NCBI GenBank assembly: GCA_049287305.1
Contig: JBAQFO010000009.1
Coordinates: 26,259-90,258, forward strand
DNA from: Minisyncoccia bacterium
Lineage (GTDB): Bacteria; Patescibacteriota; Minisyncoccia; Phycocordibacterales; UBA9973
DNA length: 64,000 bases
Direction of reading: 5' to 3'
The notes below the pieces were generated by a model. The model was not told where the DNA came from. It saw nothing but the letters and a program-made list of their open reading frames with translations, and searched no databases. Position 1 is the stretch's first letter. Every line of letters starts with the position of its first letter. The position numbers and the translations under genes were made by a program. Shown in pieces: positions 29,061 to 38,535 of the stretch.

Positions 29061-30260
29061 ATGAGTAATACATTTTTAAATCCTTTTAGACCAGGTGCGG
29101 GTCAACCTCCTCCATATTTAGCAGGGCGTGAGAAAGAAAAAGAAGCCTTTGAAAAATTGCTTGCACAAGATGTTGTCATTAAAAATATGATTTTAACAGG
29201 ATTAAGAGGAACAGGCAAAACAGCTCTACTAGAAACTTTGAAACCTGTCGCACTTGCTAATAAATGGCTTTGGGCTGGAGCTGACCTTTCAGAATCAGCA
29301 AGCGTGTCAGAGAATGCGATTGCAATTAGATTGTTGACCGACCTTTCGGTTGTAACATCTCAATTATTAAAAGGAACAAAGGAGAAAGCTGGTTTTTCTT
29401 CAGGAGAAGAAAAAGTTTCTATAGATTATGCAAGTTTGGTTCAATATTATACAAGTCAACCTGGACTTGTTTCTGATAAATTAAAAGCAACGTTAGAATA
29501 TATTTGGTCTTACATAAAGGATGCACCAAGTATAAAAGGAATTGTTTTTGCTTATGACGAAGCTCAAAACATGAGTGATAGTGCAAAAGATAAAGAATAT
29601 CCTCTGTCTGTATTATTAGAAGTTTTTCAATCATTACAAAGAAAAAACTATCCTTTCCTTTTAGTGCTTGTTGGTCTTCCAACTTTATTTCCAAAATTAG
29701 TTGATGCAAGAACATATTCAGAAAGAATGTTTAACGTTATTGAATTAAAAAGTTTATCTCCTTCTGATAGTAAAGATGCAATAGTTAAACCGACCCAAAA
29801 ATCTGGCTGCCCTGTTACATTTGATGATAATTCAGTTACTTTGATAACAAAAGAATCAGGAGGATATCCTTATTTTATACAATTTGTTTGTAGGGAAACT
29901 TTCGATAGCTGGATAGCACAAATAGCACAAAATATTGAAAAGCCAAGTGTTCCACTCACAGAAATAGTAGCTAAATTGGATACAGAGTTTTTTGCTGCAA
30001 GATGGAATCGTGCATCAGACCGCGAAAGAGAACTTCTGTCTGTAATAGCATCACTCGAAAATTGTCAGGAAGAATTTACTATAAAAGAAGTAGCCGAACA
30101 ATCAAAAAAGGTTTCAGAAAAACCTATAACGGATAACCAAATTAACCAAATGTTTGTAAATTTAGCAAGTGATGGTTTTATATATCGAACTAGATATGGT
30201 AAATATACATTTGGTATTCCACTTTTAGGTGAATATATCAAACGACAGGAGATACTTTAG
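29061..30260 (+). CDS. AAA+ ATPase of the archaeal-ATPase (PF01637-like) family
   Basis: N-terminal NPFRPGAGQPPPYLAGREKE signature and a Walker A GLRGTGKT. Confidence 0.6.
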   Translation: MSNTFLNPFRPGAGQPPPYLAGREKEKEAFEKLLAQDVVIKNMILTGLRGTGKTALLETLKPVALANKWLWAGADLSESASVSENAIAIRLLTDLSVVTSQLLKGTKEKAGFSSGEEKVSIDYASLVQYYTSQPGLVSDKLKATLEYIWSYIKDAPSIKGIVFAYDEAQNMSDSAKDKEYPLSVLLEVFQSLQRKNYPFLLVLVGLPTLFPKLVDARTYSERMFNVIELKSLSPSDSKDAIVKPTQKSGCPVTFDDNSVTLITKESGGYPYFIQFVCRETFDSWIAQIAQNIEKPSVPLTEIVAKLDTEFFAARWNRASDRERELLSVIASLENCQEEFTIKEVAEQSKKVSEKPITDNQINQMFVNLASDGFIYRTRYGKYTFGIPLLGEYIKRQEIL

Positions 30261-30402
30261 CCTGCTAAACAGGCTGATAACAGTCAAGAAAGGTTCAAGA
30301 TACATAGCGTTTTAAACGCATGGAAAACGTTAGAATTGCCACTGCTGAACAGCGTAATAACAGCGAGAGGTTCTATGCTGATAAACAGCATAAATAACAG
30401 CA
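30261..30402. repeat. Iteron-like degenerate direct repeats (GCTGAtAACAGc, five or more copies)
   Basis: gctaaacaggctgataacag / gctgaacagcgtaataacagcg / gctgataaacagcataaataacagca, seen directly downstream of the ATPase gene. Confidence 0.4.
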
Positions 30403-30624
30403 CACTCATCCTTCTTGACATGTTTGATAAATAGACCAAATAATGTAATAATTTTGCTATAACTTAATAAAAGTAGCCTAAACCTTTAGAAATAGAGGCA
30501 TGGTGAATAGACCCGTGAAGGTTAAAGAACTCCTAGTCAGAGTTCGCCTTCACGGGCTGTATGTGGAAACACATATATCTGATTAGGAGCTTTTTGCGTT
30601 TTAACCCTATTAACAAAAAATTAT

Positions 30625-31647
30625 ATGAAAAAATATCTAGTTGGTTTACTATTTCTAATAATTATTACTCCCTCTATTGCTCTAGCTTCTTGGTGGAATC
30701 CTTTTAGCTGGTTTCGTAAAAATCCTATTGATGCACCAACGGTTACTACGCCAGTTGTTCAACCAACAATAGCTACCCCCACAACTCCTCCAGTAGTTGA
30801 GAAAAAAAATGAGATTCCCAAACCAGTAATTAAATCAACTCCAAAGCCTCAGACCGTAACTTCTTCTAATAATTTACAAAGTGTCCAGGAAGCTGTTAAG
30901 CAAATTGATTTTCACATTAAAGATTATCAAAAGTTTACACCGTTCTTAGAGGAGAAAATCACTTTAGTAAACACATACAAAGACAAATATCTCAAAAAAA
31001 CAACAGACATAGACGAATCAAGCGGTGCTTTGTATTTGGCTACCTCTCTTAAACTCACACTTAATTTTCAGCAATTGATTGATGCCATGAAATTAAAGAT
31101 TGCTGAATTGCAAAAAGCCCGAACAGAAATTCTTACTAAAAATACTGTTGATAAATCAGTTTGGAGTGAAAGCAAGAATCAGGAATATTTGCAATTCTCA
31201 ACAAATACAGCAAATACTTATAAAGTTGTGAGCAAAGAGTGGAGTGACAATATGACCGATATTCTAGAATTTTTAAAGCTAATTTCCCCTCAAGGTTTTT
31301 CGAAATCTTCAGGTTCAGTCGGACAGCGTGACCCATACGTTCAGGAACAATTGGATTATTACGATAAGCTCGAAGAGGTCAGAGCGCAAGTTAAGGCAGA
31401 AATTGAAAGTGGAGGAGGCTATGCCTCGGATAGTAACGTTTATTCTATCGCTTCAAAGAGGTTAAAAGATATGGGTGTCAAACCTCCAATATCTCCATAT
31501 GGTGGCTATATAAACCCTACAGGTGGGTATACTTCGGTTATGTGCCATTCTCTCGGTAGTGGCTTTGATTGCTATGGTTCTGACGGCGCAAGAATACAAA
31601 GTAACCAGATTCCAGGCAGTAGTAGCTTCCAAATTAATTCGTGGTAG
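30625..31647 (+). CDS. Hypothetical secreted protein
   Basis: Signal peptide MKKYLVGLLFLIIITPSIALA; no recognisable domain. Confidence 0.45.
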   Translation: MKKYLVGLLFLIIITPSIALASWWNPFSWFRKNPIDAPTVTTPVVQPTIATPTTPPVVEKKNEIPKPVIKSTPKPQTVTSSNNLQSVQEAVKQIDFHIKDYQKFTPFLEEKITLVNTYKDKYLKKTTDIDESSGALYLATSLKLTLNFQQLIDAMKLKIAELQKARTEILTKNTVDKSVWSESKNQEYLQFSTNTANTYKVVSKEWSDNMTDILEFLKLISPQGFSKSSGSVGQRDPYVQEQLDYYDKLEEVRAQVKAEIESGGGYASDSNVYSIASKRLKDMGVKPPISPYGGYINPTGGYTSVMCHSLGSGFDCYGSDGARIQSNQIPGSSSFQINSW

Positions 31648-31680
31648 AATCTAGATTGATTAATTGATTCTTATCAAAAC

Positions 31681-31932
31681 ATGCAAGGAGGATATAGAGA
31701 AAATGCAGGAAGAAAAAAAGGGTTTAGTGCAGTTGAAGCTGAGAAAGCAAGAGAGTTTATAGTTGAACAAGTGAATGCCTCTTTAGAGCCAATAGTTTCG
31801 AGTCTTATTGATAGAGCAAAAAAGGGTGATATAAGAGCTACTCAAATTTTATTTGATAGAGCTTATGGAAGACCCCTTACTCCAATAGAGAATGTAGGAG
31901 AAACCCCCATGATGATTATGATAGATAGATAA
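31681..31932 (+). CDS. Small hypothetical protein (island cargo)
   Basis: 83-aa ORF; the next ORF follows closely. Confidence 0.3.
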   Translation: MQGGYRENAGRKKGFSAVEAEKAREFIVEQVNASLEPIVSSLIDRAKKGDIRATQILFDRAYGRPLTPIENVGETPMMIMIDR

Positions 31933-31941
31933 AAAAGGTTT

Positions 31942-32262
31942 ATGAATGATGATTCGAAGAAGAAAATTTTGGAAGAGTGGAATTCTAAAAAACTCGAGAA
32001 GCAATTCCCATGGCAACGACTTGTTTTTGATAATTTCAATGAGCTTTATCGGTTTTTAAAAGAACAATCAAGTGAACAAGGTAAGCAAAATAGGAAAAAT
32101 AAATTAGACAGGTTTGAGGAAGCTAATATCCGTTTCCCTAAGTCTTTCATGGGAATGGGGAATGTAAAACATAGAAAGAAAGAAGGAAAAAATTTAATTA
32201 CAACTTCACTTATGTTTTTACAAAGAATCAGGGCATTAAAAAAGATTGACAAAGAAAATTAG
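31942..32262 (+). CDS. Small hypothetical protein (island cargo)
   Basis: 106-aa basic ORF. Confidence 0.3.
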   Translation: MNDDSKKKILEEWNSKKLEKQFPWQRLVFDNFNELYRFLKEQSSEQGKQNRKNKLDRFEEANIRFPKSFMGMGNVKHRKKEGKNLITTSLMFLQRIRALKKIDKEN

Positions 32263-32568
32263 AGTAATATAATGAGAATACAATTAAATACTAATGGTTC
32301 TCGAGTCTTCGACCTAAACAGCTATCTACAGAAAATAACCTAGGGTAAGTAATTAGGTAAGGCGATAAGACAGAGCAGGTATAAGACCAATTTGGCAACC
32401 GTATATCAACGTAGAAAGCATTTTGCTTCCTTTGTTGGTAGAGACGGTCGAACTACTACAAACGAGGCACTAAATGTGTCTCGTTTTCTCTTTTATTTGT
32501 AGGAAATCATGGTGAAATGTCCATTTATTTGAGGGACAGGTCAACACCATGAACCTGCCTTCAGATAA

Positions 32569-32862
32569 GTGGATTTTTGTTTCTTAATCTCTAACTTAAA
32601 TTATATGCGAAGTATAGAAGCAAACTATAAAAAGATTCAAGCTCGCAATCCAAATCTTGGGACACATCCTTGCTTGGTTCAAGCGGTTAGATATAAAAAG
32701 TTTTCAAGGAAATCTTTAGTTAAAGCTTTTAACGATTTGATGCCTGAAAGTGAATATGCACAGGACGAGAAAAAAGAGCTAATTGACTATCTAGAGAATC
32801 AAACGAACCTAGCTGAGGAGGGCGAAATTAGGGCTAAAAATGCCTCAGGAACAGCCAAATAA
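32569..32862 (+). CDS. Small hypothetical protein (island cargo)
   Basis: 97-aa ORF. Confidence 0.25.
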   Translation: MDFCFLISNLNYMRSIEANYKKIQARNPNLGTHPCLVQAVRYKKFSRKSLVKAFNDLMPESEYAQDEKKELIDYLENQTNLAEEGEIRAKNASGTAK

Positions 32863-33009
32863 CAGCATGATAAGCATTGAGCGGTGTAAAGAAATACTAG
32901 GCGAGAAAATGTCAGATTCTGAAGTTGAAAGACTTAGGGAAGCTCTTTACGCTATGGTCGAATCAATAATGGATAATTATTTTGAAGGATTTAATGGTAA
33001 AATAGATAT

Positions 33010-34782
33010 ATGCAAAAAGCAGTCATTTATTGCCGAGTATCCTCTATTAAGCAAAGCACAGAAGGACACGGACTAGATTCGCAGGAGCATCGTTGTAGAG
33101 AGTATGCAAAACAAAAGGGCTATGAAGTTGTAAAAGTCTTCAGAGATAGTTTCACAGGCGGTGGAGACTTTCTAAATAGACCAGCAATGTCTTCTTTGCT
33201 TGGTTATCTCGATAAAGAACCTGCAACGAACTTTGTAGTTGTCTTTGACGATTTAAAAAGACTTGCTCGCGATACTGTTTTTCATCTCAAATTAAGAAGG
33301 GAATTTACTGCTAGAGGAGCAAAAGTAGAATGCTTAAACTTTACTTTTGAAGAAACTCCCGAAGGACAATTTATTGAAACCATTTTGGCTTCACAGGGAG
33401 AGCTAGAAAGAAAACAAAATCAAAGACAAGTAATTCAGAAAATGAAAGCCCGTCTTGAAAATGGATATTGGACTTTAGTTGCTCCTGTCGGGTATAGAAT
33501 GATAAAAAATCCTATTCATGGAAAAATACTAACAAGAGTTGAACCAGAAGCTAGTATTGCAAAGGAAGCCCTTGAAGGATTTGCCAGTGGAAGATTTGAA
33601 AATCAGGTTGAAGTCCAAAGTTTCTTACAATCTAAAAAGTTTCGTGGGATTACAAAATACAATTTAAGTTTGGTTAAAAGATTACTTACAAGGTCAGTAT
33701 ATGCTGGCTTTGTAGAATATGAAAAGTGGAATGTAAGTAGAAGGGTTGGTCATCATGAGCCGATAATTAGTTCTGATACATTTCAACAGATTCAGGATAA
33801 ACTAAATGGAAAAATAAAAATCTACTCAAGAAAAGACAATAACAAGGAATTTCCTTTGAGGGGTTTTATTTTATGTTTAGACTGTTGTAAACCCATGACA
33901 GCAAGTTGGACTACTGGCAGAAGTGCTAAACATCCTTATTATCATTGTAAAACAAGAGGATGTCAGCTTAAGGGTAAAAGTATAAAGAGAAAGGAAATGG
34001 AGGATAGATTTGAGGATATACTACGCTCCATAAAGCCTAAAGCGAAGACCTTGAATCTTACAAAAGAAATTCTACTTGATATTTGGAATAAGAGACTTGC
34101 CGATGTAGATAACCTTAAAAAGAATCATGAAAATAATTTAGATGAAGTTCGTGCAAAGATAAGAATGTTTTTAGACAGATTATCTCAAACTAAAAATCCT
34201 AGCTTGATAAAAACTTACGAAAAGGAAATTGAAAAACTCACAAATGAGGAGCAAGTTTTAGAAAATCAGAGCCAAGTCATGCGAGGTACCAAGCCAGATT
34301 TTGGAACCGCCCTTGATATTACTTTTGATTTTCTAAAAAATCCTTATGCTTATTGGGCAAAAGATGATTTGAAGTCAAAGCATTTAGTTTTGAAATTGGT
34401 TTTTTCCGATAGATTAACTTATGAAAGAGGAGTAGGGTTTCGAACCGCTAATCTAGCTTTACCATTAAGGGTATTTGAGTTAAACGAACTAGGTGATTCT
34501 TCTGATGTGGTGTCATTATATCATTTGCTCGAACTTTTTTTGAGCGAGAATGAATCGTCCCGCCACTGCCTCGCAAAGCCTCGGCAACCCCGAAAGAAAA
34601 ACACTCCTTGCATTTCTGATTTGGCGGGGGTGAAATTTCTTTTGGAAAAGGAAAGGGTGTTTTTCTTTCGGGGTTCTGCCTTCCAAGTATTCAGGCAGGT
34701 GGCGGAACAATGCGGACGAAGTTTTGCAAAAACTATTTTTTGGGGAAAGGATTTTGCAAAACTTCGGCTCATTTGTTTTTGA
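33010..34782 (+). CDS. Large serine recombinase (resolvase catalytic domain + recombinase domain + zinc ribbon)
   Basis: AVIYCRVSSIKQ catalytic-serine motif, a VFDDLKRLARD motif and a CLDCCKPMT...YYHCKTRGC zinc ribbon. The last ~90 codons read into inverted repeat IR1-L, so the true stop is uncertain. Confidence 0.8.
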   Translation: MQKAVIYCRVSSIKQSTEGHGLDSQEHRCREYAKQKGYEVVKVFRDSFTGGGDFLNRPAMSSLLGYLDKEPATNFVVVFDDLKRLARDTVFHLKLRREFTARGAKVECLNFTFEETPEGQFIETILASQGELERKQNQRQVIQKMKARLENGYWTLVAPVGYRMIKNPIHGKILTRVEPEASIAKEALEGFASGRFENQVEVQSFLQSKKFRGITKYNLSLVKRLLTRSVYAGFVEYEKWNVSRRVGHHEPIISSDTFQQIQDKLNGKIKIYSRKDNNKEFPLRGFILCLDCCKPMTASWTTGRSAKHPYYHCKTRGCQLKGKSIKRKEMEDRFEDILRSIKPKAKTLNLTKEILLDIWNKRLADVDNLKKNHENNLDEVRAKIRMFLDRLSQTKNPSLIKTYEKEIEKLTNEEQVLENQSQVMRGTKPDFGTALDITFDFLKNPYAYWAKDDLKSKHLVLKLVFSDRLTYERGVGFRTANLALPLRVFELNELGDSSDVVSLYHLLELFLSENESSRHCLAKPRQPRKKNTPCISDLAGVKFLLEKERVFFFRGSAFQVFRQVAEQCGRSFAKTIFWGKDFAKLRLICF

Positions 34783-34872
34783 ATTCGGAAGTCGCAAATG
34801 GAAAAGGAGGGGTTTGGGGAGGAATTTTCCATTTGCTCCTCTTTTTGTTTTGGCGAAATTCGGGGCGGACAA
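34507..34872. repeat. IR1-L: 366-bp inverted repeat, ~96% identical to 38536-38901
   Basis: A direct comparison of this segment with the reverse complement of 38536-38901 shows about 15 mismatches over 366 bp. It also contains an internal 20-bp palindrome pair (ccccgaaagaaaaacac / gtgtttttctttcgggg). Confidence 0.85.
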
Positions 34873-34899
34873 TGCGAAAAAAGTACAAAAGAAACAATT

Positions 34900-35052
34900 T
34901 TACTTTTTTCGCAAATCTGCCCAAAGTGCCATTGCCACTAAGACCAAGAATATTACCACTTCCAACCAGTTTTGTTTCTGGACAGCTTCAACAACAGCTG
35001 AGCCAAAAAGAATTACTATTACCGCTAAACTTGTGAATTTTAGGTCTTTCAT
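34900..35052 (-). CDS. Small single-TM protein
   Basis: About 50 aa from the Met of MKDLKFTSLAVIVILFG. It is the last gene of the 7-gene minus-strand operon. Confidence 0.3.
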   Translation of the reverse strand: MKDLKFTSLAVIVILFGSAVVEAVQKQNWLEVVIFLVLVAMALWADLRKK

Positions 35053-35057
35053 GTGAT

Positions 35058-35233
35058 TATTGATTGCGTTTCTGCAATGCCAGCATGCCATAAGCTATGA
35101 TTGCTCCGGAAACTGTAGCCGTGAGAGTGATTTGCGGAAGATTAATCGGCATCTGTAGAATCCAGTATCCTAGCAAACCGACTGCGGATATAATCACAAA
35201 CTCAAGAACAAAGTACTGTAAGAATTTTTTCAT
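35058..35233 (-). CDS. Small two-TM protein (58 aa; not in the ORF track)
   Basis: Translation is MKKFLQYFVLEFVIISAVGLLGYWILQMPINLPQITLTATVSGAIIAYGMLALQKRNQ. It is hydrophobic and co-directional with the operon. Confidence 0.3.
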
Positions 35234-35270
35234 AAGATGATTATAACTAATTTATTTTTTGGCGACGACA

Positions 35271-35846
35271 TTAAACTAAATGATACCACTTTCGCTCTGA
35301 TATTTTTCTTAATTTATCTACTGCTGGTGTATTGTACAGGTATTCAGTACTTTTCGAAATATCCGTAAGAATCCCTACTGTAATTTGTTCGTTTGGATTT
35401 GGAACTTGCACAAGCTGTGCAAGTTGTTGTTGAGTTAATCCTTGTGGTAAATTCTGTGCCGTTGCTGTTGAGATAGGCACCGCCTCAAATCTTTGATTTA
35501 ATTTTTGACTAGAACGTTCAGCTATTAAAAAATCGATATACGTTGCTTGCGAGTAAAATCTGCTAATCATGTCAATTTCAGTTTCTTTCAAATCCTTGAT
35601 AAAAAGATGTATGTTGTCGTTCCAACTGTTGGTTGGCAGTAATTTTGATGACAAGGAGTACCCGCGTGTACCATGCTCCGAATTTCTGATCTGTTGCTCC
35701 GCGTAGCGGATTTCTTGAAGTATTAAACTAGCCGCATCTCTCCTTTTGTCCACTCTTGCTTTTATATAAAGGTAAATAGCTAAAAAGCCAACAACAAATG
35801 TTACCACCCCGATATTGTCATTTAAGAATTGAAAAATAATCATCAT
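35271..35846 (-). CDS. Hypothetical protein with an N-terminal TM anchor
   Basis: 191 aa. Its start is 2 nt after the upstream gene, so it is probably translationally coupled. Confidence 0.4.
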   Translation of the reverse strand: MMIIFQFLNDNIGVVTFVVGFLAIYLYIKARVDKRRDAASLILQEIRYAEQQIRNSEHGTRGYSLSSKLLPTNSWNDNIHLFIKDLKETEIDMISRFYSQATYIDFLIAERSSQKLNQRFEAVPISTATAQNLPQGLTQQQLAQLVQVPNPNEQITVGILTDISKSTEYLYNTPAVDKLRKISERKWYHLV

Positions 35847-35848
35847 AA

Positions 35849-36775
35849 TTACTCTGTTCTTAACTCCTTTTGCCTAATCCACTTCGGACCATCAGGAGTT
35901 AGTACTAAAACATCAATTGGGCCACCTACGCCCGGCATGTCACCCGGGTCAGCTTGAATGCCGTCTGAAAAACGTTGAATCGCTGATGTTGTCTGTATCG
36001 CAAGCACAGAAAAATCGATTGCGTCTTGGAGGGGCATTGAGCCCCAGTTGATAGCATATTCAAGACTATTCAATTGTTTTTCAATTTCGGCTTGACCTTT
36101 TGATTTGATAGCTTCGTTTACAAATGGTGTATTAAAAATTCGCGGGTCCCATCCTTTGACAATTCGAGACACAACGTCAGTCTGCCCAATCCAATTGGCG
36201 CCGTACTCCATTCCACGTTGGTTGCTGTCGCGCCTTTTTACATTCTCGCCAGGGACATAAACATTATAAACTTCGTGCGAGCCGTCGATGTTATAGCCAG
36301 CAACAAACAAAACTAGCCCGTCTATACCTCCAGCACCATCCTTTATATTTCCCGCTTTGTCCTTGATTTTGAACTTGACATTGTATTGTTCCTTTTTGAT
36401 CTCCACAATTTCAAACCCTTGCTTTGTAAAATTATCTTTTATTTGATCCGGCAACTTATCTAGTTGTTCTTGCCAATTTAATTTTTTATCAAATAGAAAA
36501 TGTAATTTGTCCGCAACTTCTTTGACTGAAAGTTTATCAACCTCCACTTCTCTCTTAAACTGCTCAATAAACTTGCTGATATTTTTTGGTATTCCATTCT
36601 CTTGCAAAAATGCAAGTCCGGTAGTTGCAACGCCGATTCGATTATTAATTAAAAATAGTTTTGATGCAGAATCAGAGCCAATTCTAGAAACACCTTTTTG
36701 GTTGCGATAAGATTGACGGCTATCTGCCGCTAATATCATGCCCTCTGGAGTTGTTGTATTTATTGCTAAGCTCAT
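35849..36775 (-). CDS. Proteasome beta-subunit-like Ntn hydrolase (T1 family; HslV/Anbu-like), orphan
   Basis: MSLAIN|TTTPEGMILAADSRQS aligns with the Thermoplasma beta propeptide and TTTVGI...ATERR region (Thr1, Asp17). SKLFLINNRIGVATTGLA aligns with KKLFQIDTYTGMTIAGL (Lys33). GGIDGLVLFVAGYNIDG...VYVPG aligns with LLVGGID...SIDAAGG. The C-terminal AIDFSVLAIQTTSA...GGPIDVLVLTPDG aligns with VDLVIRAISAA...SGGMIDVAVITRKDG. Confidence 0.55.
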   Translation of the reverse strand: MSLAINTTTPEGMILAADSRQSYRNQKGVSRIGSDSASKLFLINNRIGVATTGLAFLQENGIPKNISKFIEQFKREVEVDKLSVKEVADKLHFLFDKKLNWQEQLDKLPDQIKDNFTKQGFEIVEIKKEQYNVKFKIKDKAGNIKDGAGGIDGLVLFVAGYNIDGSHEVYNVYVPGENVKRRDSNQRGMEYGANWIGQTDVVSRIVKGWDPRIFNTPFVNEAIKSKGQAEIEKQLNSLEYAINWGSMPLQDAIDFSVLAIQTTSAIQRFSDGIQADPGDMPGVGGPIDVLVLTPDGPKWIRQKELRTE

Positions 36776-36785
36776 AATTTAAAAA

Positions 36786-37385
36786 TTATTTTTCCCACAC
36801 GATATGCCCATTTATACCATGTTTTTCGTAAGTTTCCAAGACATCAGCACAAAATTTTATCAACTCTTCGTTCTTTTCACTTTTGGCTAATTCATAAAGA
36901 CGGATAAACATTTTCTTTCCCGTTTCGGTTTGCTTCAAATTCTTTTTGATAAAATTATGTTGTGCGCATAATGTCTGGCCGTTCTCAATCGTAGCTTCGC
37001 CGCCAAAATCTTTTGGCTTTATATGGTCAATGTGTAATTCAACGCCGTCTTTTTTGCCTCTACCGCAAATGACGCATTTGTATCCGTCTCTTTTAAGAAT
37101 TGCTTCTTTTTGTGAGGCTGTAAAATCCTCCAACTCTCTTTTATACGCTTTAGCCGGGTCATATTTATAAACTCCTTTAGAAATTTTGATCAAAAAGCCG
37201 CTTTGAGCTAGGTGGCGAATGGCTCTATCAGGGTCACGAAAAACATTTCCGGTCCTTTTCGTGTAAGTTGATACTACCCAATCAACAACTTCCGGATGTT
37301 TTATATCTCGGTTTGGATTTTTCTTAAAGAACTCAACGATGAGGTCTTTTTGAACATTATTATTTTTCTTGATGTCTTTTTTCAT
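36786..37385 (-). CDS. HNH nuclease (candidate restriction endonuclease of the R-M unit)
   Basis: CVICGRGKKDGVELHIDHIKPKDFGG...NGQTLCAQHN HNH motif with an N-terminal winged-helix-like region. It lies directly downstream of the methyltransferase. Confidence 0.6.
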   Translation of the reverse strand: MKKDIKKNNNVQKDLIVEFFKKNPNRDIKHPEVVDWVVSTYTKRTGNVFRDPDRAIRHLAQSGFLIKISKGVYKYDPAKAYKRELEDFTASQKEAILKRDGYKCVICGRGKKDGVELHIDHIKPKDFGGEATIENGQTLCAQHNFIKKNLKQTETGKKMFIRLYELAKSEKNEELIKFCADVLETYEKHGINGHIVWEK

Positions 37386-37390
37386 ATTTT

Positions 37391-38218
37391 TTACATTAAA
37401 CTTGATTGATTTACTTTTGCTTCATTGCGTAAGCGGTCTATCGCTATGTCGCAATACTTTTCATCAATATCAATTCCGATTCCTTTTCTGCCATGCAAAT
37501 AAGAGGCAATCAGCGTTGAACCGCTACCCAAAAATGGATCTAAAACAGTATCGCCAACAAAACTAAATAATTTTATACATCGTCTCGGTAATTCAATGGG
37601 AAATGGCGCAGGATGTCCGCCCGCACCTTTTTTACTTTGGCCGTTGAATGTCCAAACTCCATTTGTCCAATCCATGAATTCTTTTTTTGTAATATCATTT
37701 ACCCTACTTGCACCAGTTTTCTTCCAACTGTCTTTATACAAAACTAAAATCAATTCAACCGGAGCGATAACATACGGGGCGGAGGCGGACATAAACGAAC
37801 CCCAAGCGGTACGACGAGATATATTTCCCTCGTTCCAAATAATTGTTGAGTGATATTTCCAGCCAATGTCTTTTGCAATTTTTGTAATATCCGCACCAAC
37901 TGATTTTTGCCCACCTTTATTTTTATCAAGTGGAATGTTAAGCAAAAATCGCCCTTCATTTTTTGATAATTCAAAACATTTTTTGATCCATTTTTGAGTA
38001 AATTCCAAATAATCTTCGTACGTTAAATCGTCAGCGTGAGAATTGTAATGAATATCAACATTGTAAGGTGGCGAGGTAACAATCAAATCAATTGAATTAT
38101 TTGGAATTGCAGAAATTTTCAAAATGTCATCTTTGTATATCAAAATATTCTCCGCTTCAAAATGTGGAGCGTTAGTCTTTTTTTCTTTTGTATTTTTTGC
38201 GGTTATGGTATTTAACAT
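37391..38218 (-). CDS. DNA methyltransferase (beta-class N4-cytosine/N6-adenine)
   Basis: Motif IV SPPY (LIVTSPPYNV) precedes motif I (VLDPFLGSGST), which is the beta-class order. Confidence 0.8.
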   Translation of the reverse strand: MLNTITAKNTKEKKTNAPHFEAENILIYKDDILKISAIPNNSIDLIVTSPPYNVDIHYNSHADDLTYEDYLEFTQKWIKKCFELSKNEGRFLLNIPLDKNKGGQKSVGADITKIAKDIGWKYHSTIIWNEGNISRRTAWGSFMSASAPYVIAPVELILVLYKDSWKKTGASRVNDITKKEFMDWTNGVWTFNGQSKKGAGGHPAPFPIELPRRCIKLFSFVGDTVLDPFLGSGSTLIASYLHGRKGIGIDIDEKYCDIAIDRLRNEAKVNQSSLM

Positions 38219-38222
38219 ATTT

Positions 38223-38423
38223 TTATTTAAACAATTCTGCCGTAGAAACGCCGAGTGCTTTTGCTATCTTATCTAGTGTATCAACAGTAGGGTTTGGACT
38301 TTCACCAGTCTCTATTTTAACGACAGTATTCAAAGCAATATCAGCATCTTTCGAGAGGCGATCTTGGGAAATGCCTTTTTTCTGTCTTAATTTGCGGATG
38401 TTTTCGCTAACGGTATTTGCCAT
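38223..38423 (-). CDS. HTH XRE-family regulator (R-M controller C-protein-like)
   Basis: 66-aa helix-turn-helix protein (IRKLRQKKGISQDRLSKDADIALNTVVKIETGE). It is the first gene of the operon, 4 nt upstream of the methyltransferase. Confidence 0.65.
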   Translation of the reverse strand: MANTVSENIRKLRQKKGISQDRLSKDADIALNTVVKIETGESPNPTVDTLDKIAKALGVSTAELFK

Positions 38424-38535
38424 AATGTTTTGACTTTGATAAACTACTATAATACACTACTTATGATATACTTATCTCAACTGGTGTAATTCAATGATAG
38501 CAAAAACTATGAAAACAATCAATCTTAATCTTAAC

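Noticed and set aside
34516-34872. ORFs inside the inverted repeats (34516-34872, 34521-34832, 34710-35056, 38494-38892, 38576-38887, 38626-38976, 38855-39100)
   Set aside because: They are mirror copies generated by the repeats themselves, mutually overlapping in several frames, with low-complexity translations. They are treated as non-coding repeat sequence, apart from possible recombinase C-terminal read-through.
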